Source of the DNA: a plasmid
Strand: one strand, 5' to 3'
Length of the DNA stretch: 64,000 nt
Sequence record: NZ_CP085281.1
Part shown: positions 27,766-37,400 of the stretch, in pieces
Numbering within the stretch: the first letter of the stretch is position 1
Layout: each line of letters opens with the position of its first letter
Made by a program: the position numbers and the translations under genes
Notes under the pieces: model-generated
The model's database searches: none
What the model saw: only the letters and a program-made list of their open reading frames with translations
Told to the model about the DNA's origin: nothing

Positions 27766-29745
27766 TTAAGCAGCGGCGGCGTGCTTGGGTGCGGAGTCGC
27801 TGGCTGCGGCGTGCCGCGGCGAGGTCGCCGAGGCGTGCTTGGGCGTCTTCGCGGTGGCGGCGGAGGTGCCGTCCGACGGTCCGTTGTTGGGTGACGTCGA
27901 GGCGGTCTTACCGGGTGCGCTGCCGCTGGTCTTGTCGCCGTTGGTGTTCTTGGTGCCGGAGGGGCGTGGTTTCTTCGGCGCGGTGACGTTGTCGGTCTTG
28001 TCCGGATTGGAGGCCCCGTTCGCGGCGCCGGCTGAGGTCGTGGTGTCGTCCTTGTCGGCGGTTGAGGTGGTGGTGCGGTCCTTGGTGCTCGCCGATGCGC
28101 CCTTGCTGTCGTCGGCTGCCTCGGTCTTGGCGTCGGTGGCCGTCGACGCTGCGGTGCTCGCGGTCGCATCGGTGGCAGCTGCTGCTTCGGCGGCGGGGGT
28201 GGGGTTCGGGCTCTCCTCGGTCGCCGGGTTCACCGTGGGCTCGGCTGCCTCGCTGGCGGTGTCCTCCGCCGGGTCGGTTGGCTCGGCGGCGTTGGCGGTC
28301 TTCGGTTCTGCCGCTGCTGTTTTCGGGCCGCGTCCGGTGGTGGTGTTCGCCGCGGTGGTGTCGGTGCTCGGCGTGGTGTCGGCGGTGAGGCTGAGGGTGA
28401 CCGTTTTGTGGGTGGCCGCCGGGGCGGCGGTCGCGGTGAGGCTGCCGGTGATGGCCGAGCCGAAGTCCAGGGCCGCGGCGATGGTGCGCAGTCCTGCGGC
28501 GGTGGTGGTGGCGGCCGCTTTGACGAGGAGGTTGACCGTGGTGGCCATCGCGTGCGGGATGCCTGTGACGAGGGATGGCAGCCCGGCGGCTTGGAGGATT
28601 CCGCTGGCGGCGGTGGCCAGGCCGCTGGTGAAGGCGGTGAAGACGTTGGCGGCGGCGACGGTGATGTCGGCGCCGGCGGTGAAGGGTACCGACGCCAGGG
28701 AGCCGACGGTGTGTGCGGCGGTGGTGAGGGTGGAGGTCCCGGCGCCGACGAGGACGGAGATGGCGTGTGCGTAGGTGGCGGGGCTCAGCGGCGCGGTGCC
28801 GATGGTGTTGATGACCTTCTGGATTGCGCCGGGGTCGGTTCCGTTGCCGATCCAGGTGGCGACCGCGTCTGAGGCGCCGTCGGTGACGCGGTCGAGGATC
28901 GTGGTGGCGGCGTTGGTGATCGTGGTGGAGGCTCCGTTGACGGCTGCGACGGCGGCGGCCACGGGTGCGGAGACGATGCCCTGGACGGCGGTGATGAGGC
29001 CGTTGACGAGGTCGATCCCGGTGAGTTTCTTGCTGGCGTCGAGCAGGCCGTTGAAGGTGTCGAGGGCGTTGGAGACCTGGCGGGTGACGCCGGTGACGAC
29101 GGTGTTGGTGACGGTCAGGACGTTGGCGCCGAGGTGGTTGACGGTGCCGATGCCCTGGGTGAGGGCCAGTCCGGCGATGTCGATCGGGGCGTTGATGAGG
29201 CCGGTGTAGCTCGGGAGGGCGAGCGGGTTGTTGATGACGGTGGCCACGGCGTTCAAGGCGGTGCCGAGGGAGCCGGTGAGTGTGGAGGTCAGCAGGTCGG
29301 CGAGCTGTCCGGTGGTCAGGACGATGGAGCCGTTGACGTCGTCGATGGACTTCGAGAGGTCTGAAAGTCCGTTTCCTGCTGACGCTTTGAGCGTTTTGAG
29401 GATGGCGGTGAGGGTCTTGTTGTCGGTGGCGGCGATGAGACCGTTCCACAGGCTGTCGTTGAGGGTGACCGCCGAGGTCAGCGCCTGGGTCAGGGTTTGG
29501 CCTGGGGCGCCGACCAATCCGGTGACGGTCGTCGAGGCCGATGCCATCGCCGATTCGAGATTGTCGACGAGCTTGGCGATGTCGGCCGGGTTGATGACGG
29601 CGGTCAGCTGCAGTCGGGGGGTGGAGATGTGCGGGACGGTGAGGTCGCGGGCTGCCATCGGCAGCGGTGTCATGAAGGGGGTGAAGGCGAGGGCGGCGGC
29701 GGTGGTCAGCGCCAGGGCGGGGGTGGCGGTACGGGCGGCGGGCAT
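27766..29745 (-). CDS. secreted Ala/Thr/Leu/Gly-rich repetitive protein of unknown function
   Basis: Signal-peptide-like N-terminus, 659 aa, Thr/Asp/Lys-rich tail. The overlapping 623-aa frame is Arg-rich and is rejected. Confidence 0.55.
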   Translation of the reverse strand: MPAARTATPALALTTAAALAFTPFMTPLPMAARDLTVPHISTPRLQLTAVINPADIAKLVDNLESAMASASTTVTGLVGAPGQTLTQALTSAVTLNDSLWNGLIAATDNKTLTAILKTLKASAGNGLSDLSKSIDDVNGSIVLTTGQLADLLTSTLTGSLGTALNAVATVINNPLALPSYTGLINAPIDIAGLALTQGIGTVNHLGANVLTVTNTVVTGVTRQVSNALDTFNGLLDASKKLTGIDLVNGLITAVQGIVSAPVAAAVAAVNGASTTITNAATTILDRVTDGASDAVATWIGNGTDPGAIQKVINTIGTAPLSPATYAHAISVLVGAGTSTLTTAAHTVGSLASVPFTAGADITVAAANVFTAFTSGLATAASGILQAAGLPSLVTGIPHAMATTVNLLVKAAATTTAAGLRTIAAALDFGSAITGSLTATAAPAATHKTVTLSLTADTTPSTDTTAANTTTGRGPKTAAAEPKTANAAEPTDPAEDTASEAAEPTVNPATEESPNPTPAAEAAAATDATASTAASTATDAKTEAADDSKGASASTKDRTTTSTADKDDTTTSAGAANGASNPDKTDNVTAPKKPRPSGTKNTNGDKTSGSAPGKTASTSPNNGPSDGTSAATAKTPKHASATSPRHAAASDSAPKHAAAA

Positions 29746-29978
29746 GGAGGCTCCTGCGATCAGGTCGTCCGGCCCTCACGGGCGGGAGTCACAAGCGGTG
29801 TTTACCTGTGAGGGGAAATTACCAGCTACGGCGATGTTTCCGTGAGTGGTAATCCGCTTGTGGTCTGAGGAGCTGGACGTGGGAGATCGGCCGCATGGCC
29901 GGGGGCCATGCCGTCGTCGCAGCTCAGGCCCGGTGTCGTGGGTTGCCGGCGCCGGCCTCGGGTCACGACTCTTCGTGT

Positions 29979-30008
29979 GGGGGACGTGCTATCGGCGCTG
30001 GTCGGTGG
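29979..30008 (+). repeat. dispersed ~30-bp repeat, copy a
   Basis: gggggacgtgctatcggcgctggtcggtgg. Confidence 0.6.
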
Positions 30009-30153
30009 CGCTACGAGGGATCAGGATCGGTTGAGCGCCACCAGAGCCACTGATCCTGCGGCTGAGGCTGCTGGGTGACCATCTGCTGCAGCTGGTGTGG
30101 CAGCTGGTCGCATAGCTGCTCCGCCGGCTGAGCCTTCGGCCTGCCTTCGCCGC

Positions 30154-30609
30154 TCACGACGGCCACGGCAGATTCTCGTGCTGGTGCTTCCGCGTGGTCC
30201 GGACGGCGCGAAGTTCGCGTCGCTGGTCTTGGGCGTAGCGGCGGGCCAGCACCAGGTCTTGCCACCAGGGGGTGCGCTCGACGTGGCCGGCCAAGGTGTC
30301 GATCTGCAGATCGGTCAGGCCGGCCAGGGCGCCGGCGGCATCGTGTGCGGCCAGGACGACGATACCGCGCATCAGGGGCACGTTGCTGGGCGTGAAACCT
30401 GTTGTGGCGAGGTAGATCTCGGTGGCGTTGCGGTTGACGCGGCGGTGCGAAGATCGGGTCGACGGCGTGAACCAGAAGTCGATGGTCCCGTCGCTGCTGG
30501 TGAGCGTCTCCAGGTCGCATTCGCGGATGAGGTCGGCGATGTCGTCGACGCAGCGGACACGACGCTTGTACAGCTGGCCGTTGTGGCTGGCGACAAGTAC
30601 TTGGAACAT
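30154..30609 (-). CDS. hypothetical protein
   Basis: ATG at 30609 (M29 of the listed ORF) with GGAGGA RBS. Confidence 0.5.
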   Translation of the reverse strand: MFQVLVASHNGQLYKRRVRCVDDIADLIRECDLETLTSSDGTIDFWFTPSTRSSHRRVNRNATEIYLATTGFTPSNVPLMRGIVVLAAHDAAGALAGLTDLQIDTLAGHVERTPWWQDLVLARRYAQDQRRELRAVRTTRKHQHENLPWPS

Positions 30610-30770
30610 GTGGTCCTCCTCGGCGCGTCGTTGCTGTGAAAGGTAGCCCGTCGGCGCCCCCACGGCGGCCCGCCGCGTCGGGGGACCTGCCATTTGCCGT
30701 GGTCAAGCGGCGTGCCTAGCGGTTCCGATAAGGAGGCTTATCAGTTCGAGATTGGCGGTAGTGCTTGCGA

Positions 30771-31085
30771 ATGAGGTGTGCTGGGACGGTGGATGACGAC
30801 GTGTTGGAGCGGGTTCGCCAAGCGGTAGCCGGGCTGGATGGCCGGTGGTTCGCCGACTTCGAGGAGGTCTGCTCCTTGGCGGAGGTTCTCGTCGAGATGG
30901 ACGTCCTGACCGCGCGGCGCGACGTCGTCGACTTCTTCCGCCGGCCGTGGCGCTTCACCGCCGAGCACGACGTGTGGGTGCGGTGCGGGCGGCCGGTGGA
31001 CGTGCGCGGGTCCGCCGGCGCGGCGCTGGAGAACTTGGTGGACGCTGCCGGCCGCGGCGATACGCCGCTGACACTGACCCGATAG
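30771..31085 (+). CDS. hypothetical protein
   Basis: AAGGAGG at 30731. ATG at 30771, or the TTG at 30765. Confidence 0.4.
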   Translation: MRCAGTVDDDVLERVRQAVAGLDGRWFADFEEVCSLAEVLVEMDVLTARRDVVDFFRRPWRFTAEHDVWVRCGRPVDVRGSAGAALENLVDAAGRGDTPLTLTR

Positions 31086-31116
31086 CGCGTGTGACCTCGG
31101 GCGATAGCACGTCCCC
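31081..31116 (-). repeat. dispersed ~30-bp repeat, copy b (reverse orientation)
   Basis: Reverse complement reads ggggacgtgctatcgcccgaggtcacacgcgctatc. Confidence 0.55.
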
Positions 31117-31845
31117 GACTGGGGGTCAGCCGCTGGCTGCTCCTTGAGCGCCGTCTTGCGCGGTGCCCTCCTGGGGCCAGGATCCTGGAGTCGGGTTATC
31201 GCCGGGGACATGTCATCGCCGCTGGTCAGCACGCTGCCGCGCCTGTGGCAGCGGCGGCATCGACGATCTTCGGACCCGGGCGCGAGTCAACGTTCTGCCA
31301 GAAACGCTGACGGTCCTCGGGTGCTGAGCCGGCCGTAGGTCTCCTGAGTGGCCAGCTGCAACGCAGTGTCGCCGCGGCCGCGGTACGCCGGGCTGCGGAG
31401 ATCGTCGATGCCGCCGGGAGGGTGGTCGCCTCCTCCATCTGGTTTTTGGTCGTCTACTCAAGAAGTACCTGCGCCGACCGGTGTTTCCGTCAATTCGATG
31501 TGGGCGAATTTCACCGGTGGCGAGTCGGCAGGGGTGTCGTTGCGCGCTGCTAGCGTGGATTTCGACGTCCTCCTCCCCCCGAGGACGTTCCCCGCGCCCC
31601 GGTCGCCCTCCCCCCTGGCGGCCGGGGCGCATCACGTTTCAGCCCGGTCGGCGAGGCCTTCAGACGGTTCCGCGTGCTTACACTGGGCCCATCGCCACGC
31701 ACGGCGGCGTGAATCCCGGCATCGACTGCAGCCGCCCACATCGGCCAGTCACGTCAGACCGGGACAAGACCCACCGGGTTCCGTGTCACTACCCAGCAAA
31801 GAGACTTCCGCGCAGATGTGGGGCGACGCGGAGGATTTACTTTGG

Positions 31846-32664
31846 ATGGGAGCAATCATCATGTCTCGCAACGAATCGCGCGAACGCGCCGCCCGTGAGT
31901 TCCAGGCGGCCAATCCGGGGACGTCCTACACCCGCGCTCTTCGGCAGGTCAGCCGCGGCGGTCAGCGGCGCCCGCTGTTGGCGGTCCTCGGCACCGGTTC
32001 TGACGGTGCCAGCGTGTCGGTGAATCTGGAGTGGGAGAGCGAGGGCGGGTCCGGGCCCCACTGCTTGATCGCCGGCGCCGAAGTGCCGGCCCTGCTGGCC
32101 GTCCTTGCCGCCGGGCTCGCGTCAGGGCAGCGGGCAGGGGATCTCGAGTTGGTGCTCTGCGCGGGTGAGGCCACGCAGTTGACGGTGGAGCACCGGCGGG
32201 TCGGTGCCGACGAGCTGGTCGGGCATGTCGACGATGTCTTGAGGTCCCGTCATGAGTTCCTGCGCTCGGTGGAGGCGCGCGATGTTGTGCAGGCCCGTGA
32301 GCGCGGGCACCAGGTGCCCACCACAGTGGTGCTCATCGAGGACCTGGACGGGCAGTGGGGCGCGTCTGCGGCCGTGGGTCGCTGGCTGCGGATTGGACGA
32401 TCGTCCGGGGTGAACGTGGTCCTGGGCGCCCCTGCCGCGTCGCCGTCGATCTGGGCTGACGACATGTCCCCGGCGCACGTGGTCGATCGCTTGGCGCGGG
32501 CCGCGTTGGCTGGTGATGCCGCGTTCATGAATGCGACGACCGCCGCGATTTTCGGCCTCGGAGATGGCCGTGCGACGCTGCGTACGCTCGGGCGATGGAA
32601 CCCCGTCCGCCGGGTTCGAGAAGCTGACACGCTGTCCGATTTCACCTTCGCTGCACCTCAGTAG
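31846..32664 (+). CDS. degenerate FtsK/SpoIIIE-like pseudo-ATPase
   Basis: GPHCLIAGAEVPAL sits where FtsK-family proteins have PHxLIAGxTGSGKS, so the Walker A Lys/Ser are lost. Walker-B-like VVLIEDLDGQ. GGAGGA RBS before the ATG at 31846. Confidence 0.45.
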   Translation: MGAIIMSRNESRERAAREFQAANPGTSYTRALRQVSRGGQRRPLLAVLGTGSDGASVSVNLEWESEGGSGPHCLIAGAEVPALLAVLAAGLASGQRAGDLELVLCAGEATQLTVEHRRVGADELVGHVDDVLRSRHEFLRSVEARDVVQARERGHQVPTTVVLIEDLDGQWGASAAVGRWLRIGRSSGVNVVLGAPAASPSIWADDMSPAHVVDRLARAALAGDAAFMNATTAAIFGLGDGRATLRTLGRWNPVRRVREADTLSDFTFAAPQ

Positions 32665-32682
32665 GCTGGCACTGAAACAGCA

Positions 32683-32940
32683 TCAGTAGTGGTAGCGAGC
32701 CTTGAGGATCTTCACCTCGTCGTTGTCGGCGCGGTAGACCAGCCGATGCTCATCGTCTATCCGCCGCGACCAGTAGCCCGACAGGTCACCCTTCAACGGC
32801 TCCGGCTTCCCGATGCCATCGAACGGATCCCGCTGAATCTCGTTGATCAGGCGCACGATTCGGCGTGCCATCTTGCGATCTGCGGCCAGCCAGTACTGGA
32901 AATCCTCCCAACCGTCCGGGTCGAAGTGAATGCTTCTCAC
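32683..32940 (-). CDS. yoeB: YoeB/Txe-family toxin
   Basis: [31 protein letters not shown] and the C-terminal ARYHY closely match YoeB. Confidence 0.85.
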   Translation of the reverse strand: MRSIHFDPDGWEDFQYWLAADRKMARRIVRLINEIQRDPFDGIGKPEPLKGDLSGYWSRRIDDEHRLVYRADNDEVKILKARYHY

Positions 32941-33221
32941 TCCTGGCCGCCGGCCAGCTTCCGAATCTCTTCGATCGTCGTGGCATGCACACCGGAGTCT
33001 GAACCTCGCGCCCTATCTCGCGCGACAGCATCCATCAAGCGGCGTGCGTTCTCGGGGGACCGGAGCAGGTAGACCGTCTCTTGCCAGGAGTCGTAGTCGT
33101 CGGCGGACATGAGCACCGCGTCACCAGCCTTGGAGGTGATGCGGACCGGTTCGTGATCCGTGTTGACCTGCTCCAACAGTGGAAACAGGCGCTGACGTGC
33201 TTCACTGGCGCTGATCGACAC
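32937..33221 (-). CDS. yefM: YefM/Phd-family antitoxin
   Basis: [41 protein letters not shown] at 33221 with GGAG 8 nt upstream. 4-nt overlap with yoeB. Confidence 0.7.
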   Translation of the reverse strand: MSISASEARQRLFPLLEQVNTDHEPVRITSKAGDAVLMSADDYDSWQETVYLLRSPENARRLMDAVARDRARGSDSGVHATTIEEIRKLAGGQE

Positions 33222-33296
33222 CTTCCTCACCTCACTCCGTCTCGTACGGCTTTCCTGTACCAGTACAGTACGGCATTCTGGCCTGAGAGGCTGGCT

Positions 33297-34352
33297 ATGT
33301 TCTCGTCGGTTTCGCGCCTGGCGCGCATGGTCTGTTCGAAGGATCCGCGGGCGATGCCGTGGTCCTGCGGGAATGGGTACCGTCGATCGGTGGCGGCTGC
33401 GCGTTCGGTGGTGCGCCGGCGGTCGACGCCGGGGCCGATGTTGGCGACCTTGGGTCCGCCGCCGTTGGGTGACCGGTGGTCGGTGGAGTGGAAGTTTGAT
33501 GGCCAGCGGGCCTCGGTGATCGTCACGGGTGACGAGGTGATTGTGTTCTCCCGCAACGGTTCTGACGTGTCTGGCACGTTCCCGGAGCTTTCTGCAGTCG
33601 GGGCGGCGGTCGGCGGGCGGTCCGTGGTGTTGGACGGTGAAATCGTGGCGCTCGACGGGGACGGTCGGCCGTCGTTCACGCGGTTGCAGCGACGCTGGCC
33701 TCAGCAGCGTCGGCCGCGCGCGGAGCTGTTGCGGGCGGTTCCGGTGCGGTTGATGGCGTTCGACGTGTTGAGCGTCGATGGGCGTGACCTGACCGATGAG
33801 CCTCTTGAGCGGCGCCGTGAGGTGCTGGAGTCGTTGGTGGTCGAGGGGTCGTCGGTGTTGACGGTGCCGAAGGCGTTCGTCGGGGTGCCGGCGCCGGACA
33901 TGCTGGCGGTAGCGGAAGAACACCTGATGGAGGGCATCGTCGCAAAGGCCCTGGACTCGCCGTACCGGGAAGGGCGCTCACCGTGGTGGGTGAAGAGCCC
34001 GGTCCGCCAGACCGCCGAGCTGGTGGTCGTCGCCTACGCCGGCCCACCCGGACAGGTCCGCGCATTGCTGTTAGCCGGGCACAACGAGGCCGGGTTCCTG
34101 GAGGTGGCCGGCCAAGTGGGCACCGGGTTCAGTGCAGCGATGCGCCGGCACCTGGGTGGGCTGTTGGCGCCAATTGAGCGTGACTCCCCCAGTGTGGCCA
34201 ATGATGTTGGCGCGCAGGGATGGCGGTGGGTGGAGCCGCTGTACGTTGGGGAGGTCGCGTTTCGCGAATACGCTCCCGGGAGAGGTCTGCGGCACGCTTC
34301 GTGGAAGGGCTTGCGGGATGCGGATCCGATGACCGCGGCGCTCCCGACGTAG
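33297..34352 (+). CDS. ATP-dependent DNA ligase (LigC/LigD ligase-domain type)
   Basis: PMLATLG..WSVEWKFDGQR (motif I KxDGxR), EGIVAKALDSPYREGRSPWWVKSP. Start uncertain: ATGs at 33297 (best RBS), 33327, 33354 and 33438. Confidence 0.75.
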   Translation: MFSSVSRLARMVCSKDPRAMPWSCGNGYRRSVAAARSVVRRRSTPGPMLATLGPPPLGDRWSVEWKFDGQRASVIVTGDEVIVFSRNGSDVSGTFPELSAVGAAVGGRSVVLDGEIVALDGDGRPSFTRLQRRWPQQRRPRAELLRAVPVRLMAFDVLSVDGRDLTDEPLERRREVLESLVVEGSSVLTVPKAFVGVPAPDMLAVAEEHLMEGIVAKALDSPYREGRSPWWVKSPVRQTAELVVVAYAGPPGQVRALLLAGHNEAGFLEVAGQVGTGFSAAMRRHLGGLLAPIERDSPSVANDVGAQGWRWVEPLYVGEVAFREYAPGRGLRHASWKGLRDADPMTAALPT

Positions 34353-34402
34353 GTTGTGCGACGTGTCGTTAGATCGTAATTCCGTTGTCCTCGAACGTGT
34401 CT

Positions 34403-35089
34403 CTACGCTCGGCGTGAGTGGCCGAACTCTTCGATGAGGTGGTCGACGAACAGTGGCACTTCTTGGGTGGCTGGGGCCTGCCAGACTTGGTCGAAGGGTC
34501 CGTTACCGGGTTCGATGTTGATTTCGATGGTGACCGCGCCCGCGGATTTGGCGATCGCCGCGAATTGGTTCGCTGGGTACACCGTTCCGGAAGTGCCGAC
34601 GGCGACGAAAATGTCGGCTGCGCTGAGCTTCTCGGTGACGTGATCGAGGCCGATCGTGCGTTCCCCGAACCACACGACGTGGGGGCGCCAGTGCCGGTCT
34701 GTCTCGGCGACGTCATGGCGCCAGTCAAGTATTTCACCTGTGTCGACATGGCGGATCTTTGACAGTTCACCGTGCATTGCAGTGATGCGAAGGCTCCCGG
34801 CGCGCTGATGCAAGTCGTCGATGTTCTGCGTGACGAGATGGATCTGGTCTCCCAGCGCGCGTTCGAGCCGTGCCAGTGCGTGATGAGCTGCGTTGGGTTG
34901 GGCCTGGGCCATCTGTCGGCGCAGGCGGTTGTAGAAACGCTGCACCAGCTCCGGGTTGGCGGCGAACCCCTCGGGAGTGGCTACATCTTGGACTCGGTGG
35001 CCCTCCCACATGCCGGTCGGGCCGCGGAACGTCGGCAGTCCTGATTCGGCGCTGATGCCCGCGCCGGTCAGCACCACAATGCGGGGCAC
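34403..35089 (-). CDS. Sir2-family NAD-dependent deacylase-like protein lacking the zinc-ribbon Cys motif
   Basis: GAGISAESGLPTFRG, TQNIDDLHQRAG, catalytic HG, VAVGTSGTVYPA. No Cys at all between HG and VWFGE. GTG start. Confidence 0.8.
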   Translation of the reverse strand: MPRIVVLTGAGISAESGLPTFRGPTGMWEGHRVQDVATPEGFAANPELVQRFYNRLRRQMAQAQPNAAHHALARLERALGDQIHLVTQNIDDLHQRAGSLRITAMHGELSKIRHVDTGEILDWRHDVAETDRHWRPHVVWFGERTIGLDHVTEKLSAADIFVAVGTSGTVYPANQFAAIAKSAGAVTIEINIEPGNGPFDQVWQAPATQEVPLFVDHLIEEFGHSRRA

Positions 35090-35101
35090 GTGCGGATCGG
35101 T

Positions 35102-35479
35102 TCAGTTCTCGGTGGCCGTTGGGCGCAGTGGGCCGCGGACCGGCATCGCCATCATTAAGAGTCGCGTGACCGTGACCGCGAATAAGGTTTGGAGGGCCGC
35201 GCCGGCGATGACGATGATTACTTGGGCGCCGTAGGGGAAGTCGTTCAGTGATCCGGTGTTGGTACTGGTCGCTCCACCATTTGTCAGCTCGGTGACCGTG
35301 GTTGAAAGGTACGGGACTGCGATGGTGACGAAGCCGAAGGCCAAGAGGCCGGCGACCGCACCGATTACAGCTGCTAGGGGCACGGTACCCAGGTCGAGAA
35401 GCGCGGCGAGGAACTTCTCCCTAGGTGTGGCCCAGCGGTAGCCCGGCCCGGGATCGGGCAGATCCTGCTGTTTTCTCAT
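35102..35479 (-). CDS. small membrane protein (two predicted TM helices)
   Basis: Hydrophobic stretches LAAVIGAVAGLLAFGFVTIAV and VIIVIAGAALQTLFAVTV. Its stop is 12 nt from the Sir2 start. Confidence 0.5.
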   Translation of the reverse strand: MRKQQDLPDPGPGYRWATPREKFLAALLDLGTVPLAAVIGAVAGLLAFGFVTIAVPYLSTTVTELTNGGATSTNTGSLNDFPYGAQVIIVIAGAALQTLFAVTVTRLLMMAMPVRGPLRPTATEN

Positions 35480-35772
35480 TGGTTCACCGTATCGCCGGCT
35501 GCCGCCGTTTCGCGGTCCGCGGGCACTGCATTTTCCCCGGTGCCTGGGGCTCTGCCATCGGCCTGGATATCGCGGTCGCGCGGGGCGTTGAGTTCGCGGA
35601 CTTTGTCGCGGGCCGCTTGGTAGCCGTAGCGGATGATCCGCCCGTTCGGGGCGTAATTCGTGGGCGCTGACCGGTGGTACTCGGTGATACCGCCGTCAAT
35701 TCGCCAGACCACGAACGGGCGTGAGCTGGTTGGGTTGACGCACTGGGTGCGCCATCGGCCGTCACCGTTCAC
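35476..35772 (-). CDS. hypothetical protein
   Basis: 98-aa ORF overlapping its neighbours by 4 nt, operon context. Confidence 0.4.
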   Translation of the reverse strand: MNGDGRWRTQCVNPTSSRPFVVWRIDGGITEYHRSAPTNYAPNGRIIRYGYQAARDKVRELNAPRDRDIQADGRAPGTGENAVPADRETAAAGDTVNQ

Positions 35773-35789
35773 TGTGCTCCTCCTTGGCT

Positions 35790-36668
35790 TCAGGCGGGGA
35801 TTCCGTTGTCGCGGATCCAGGTTTGCAGGCCGGGCAGCAGGTAGTCGACGTTGATTTCGCCTCGCTGCTTGAGTTCACGCAGGGTCTTGCGGGCGGTGGC
35901 GGCGAACTTCTTGTCGGCCCGGGCGCGGTAGTCGACCAGGGCGGCGTCCTTGTCGATGCCCTGCTTGGCGGCCAGGGCGGTGACCGCGGCGTCGACGGTG
36001 TGCTGCCATTCGGCGGCGGCGGGGTGATCCTCGCCGTACCAGTGCAGGTTTCCCAGGGCGGTGGCGATCGCGTTGGATGCGGCGCGTTCGGTCTTGTAGA
36101 GCGTCTTGCCGGTGTGGGGGTCGAGGACGGCGGCCGCGGCGCGTTGCGCGTTCTTGGCGGCCTTGTCGGCCGCGCGCTGTTGGCGTTCGATGTCGCTCGG
36201 CCGGCGGATCTCTCCGACTCGGCTGAGCACCTCAACTGGCGCACTCGGATAGCAAGTGGTGCAGGCGATTTCACCGGCTGCGTAGACGATGTGTTCTTCG
36301 TCTTTGCCGCTGTAGTCGGTCAGCCATGCGTAGCGAGTGGTGGGATAGCAGGTGGAGCAGTTCGTGCTGCTGTGGACGTGGCCGCCCGCGTTTTGGACGA
36401 GGAAGGCCCGGGTCCAGCCGCCGCGGCGGTTGAACTCGTCGTTGTAGGGCTTGATCTGGTCGGCGATCGCAGCGATCTGTGGGGTGTATTCGTCGGCTCG
36501 GGCTTCGAAGCTGGCAGCGCGGGCCTCGTCGGGGAATCGGCCGGTGCGGGCGTGATGCGCTGCGGTGCGCAGGCTTTCGGCGCGGGTGATGAGTGTGGCG
36601 CGCTGGATGCTGAGGTCGTTGAGGATGGCGTCGATTTCGGGTGGGGTCATGGTGGTGAGGTCGGTCAT
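35790..36668 (-). CDS. hypothetical protein with CxxC..CxxC zinc-ribbon-like motif
   Basis: ATG at 36668 with GGAGAAACC RBS. NCSTCYP and ACTTCYP about 30 residues apart. 5' extension of the listed 561-aa ORF is Arg-rich and is rejected. Confidence 0.55.
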   Translation of the reverse strand: MTDLTTMTPPEIDAILNDLSIQRATLITRAESLRTAAHHARTGRFPDEARAASFEARADEYTPQIAAIADQIKPYNDEFNRRGGWTRAFLVQNAGGHVHSSTNCSTCYPTTRYAWLTDYSGKDEEHIVYAAGEIACTTCYPSAPVEVLSRVGEIRRPSDIERQQRAADKAAKNAQRAAAAVLDPHTGKTLYKTERAASNAIATALGNLHWYGEDHPAAAEWQHTVDAAVTALAAKQGIDKDAALVDYRARADKKFAATARKTLRELKQRGEINVDYLLPGLQTWIRDNGIPA

Positions 36669-36907
36669 CAGAAGGTTTCTCCGTAGGTGTTGCCTTGGAG
36701 GGCGTTGGCGATGGCGCTGGAGATGACGGCGACTTGGTGGCAGGTGATGGTGCCGGCTTGCAGGTCGATGAGTTCGATGATGGCGTTGCGGGCGACGATC
36801 TTGGCGGTGTCGTCGAAGGCGTCGAGGCGGCTGGTGGCGTCCTCGATTGCTTCGCCGGCGTAGAGGTAGTCCCCGGCTTTGAAGGGGACGGAAGGCGTTC
36901 TGGGCAT
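36668..36907 (-). CDS. small hypothetical protein
   Basis: AAGGAGAAAG RBS. Stop overlaps the next start. Confidence 0.45.
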   Translation of the reverse strand: MPRTPSVPFKAGDYLYAGEAIEDATSRLDAFDDTAKIVARNAIIELIDLQAGTITCHQVAVISSAIANALQGNTYGETF

Positions 36908-36925
36908 GGGGGCTTTCTCCTTGGG

Positions 36926-37321
36926 TTAGGCGGCGTCGGGTTCGGCGTCGGCGGGTGGGTAGTCGCCGTAGATGCCGCGTTCGTCTCCTTCGGCGGCGAG
37001 GGCGTTTTCTCGGTCGGCGTTGGCGGCGAGGCGGGCGTTGCGGCGGTGGATCCAGCGGATGCCCCAGGCGGTTGCGGCGGCCAGGGCCAGGGTGGGGGCC
37101 AGCCATTCCCACTGCCAGATCATGCAGGCGATCCAGAACACGATGAGGGTGGTCCAGGCGGGGTGGCGCTGTGCCCAGTCCTTGGCGGGTGGGGCGGCTA
37201 CGGGGACTGCGATGACGGTGGGTGCGGCCAGCGCGTCGGTCCATTCGTGGCCGTCCCAATAGCGTTGCTGCGCTGCGCCGGTGGGGTCGGGGTACCAGCC
37301 TGCGGGTGGGTGGGTGGTCAT
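36926..37321 (-). CDS. DUF2510-domain membrane protein
   Basis: GWYPDPTG..QRYWDGHEWT then TM helices. GGGAGGAGAA RBS. Confidence 0.65.
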   Translation of the reverse strand: MTTHPPAGWYPDPTGAAQQRYWDGHEWTDALAAPTVIAVPVAAPPAKDWAQRHPAWTTLIVFWIACMIWQWEWLAPTLALAAATAWGIRWIHRRNARLAANADRENALAAEGDERGIYGDYPPADAEPDAA

Positions 37322-37365
37322 GGTGTTCTCCTCCCGTTGGGTCGTGCGACCGTCTCTGCGTCTGA

Positions 37366-37400
37366 GTGTATACGAGTATGCCGTTTTTTGGTATAGTCAT
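37366..37400 (+). promoter_or_regulatory. conserved promoter/operator-like element, copy 1: GTGTATAC..TATGCC..TTTTT..G(T)GTATAGT
   Basis: 27 of 35 positions identical to 44646..44680, including the palindrome GTATAC and -10-like TATAGT at 37392-37397. Lies in the divergent region between the DUF2510 operon and the 37507 gene. Confidence 0.4.

Noticed and set aside
27908-29779. 623-aa Arg/His-rich minus-strand ORF overlapping the 659-aa secreted protein gene in another frame
   Set aside because: Arg/Pro/His-dominated composition typical of spurious high-GC alternative frames. The 27766..29745 frame has a signal peptide and coherent composition.
31348-31845. 5' extension of the 438-aa ORF ahead of the FtsK-like pseudo-ATPase
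   Set aside because: Pro/Arg-rich and lacks an RBS. The ATG at 31846 has GGAGGA and starts the recognisable domain.
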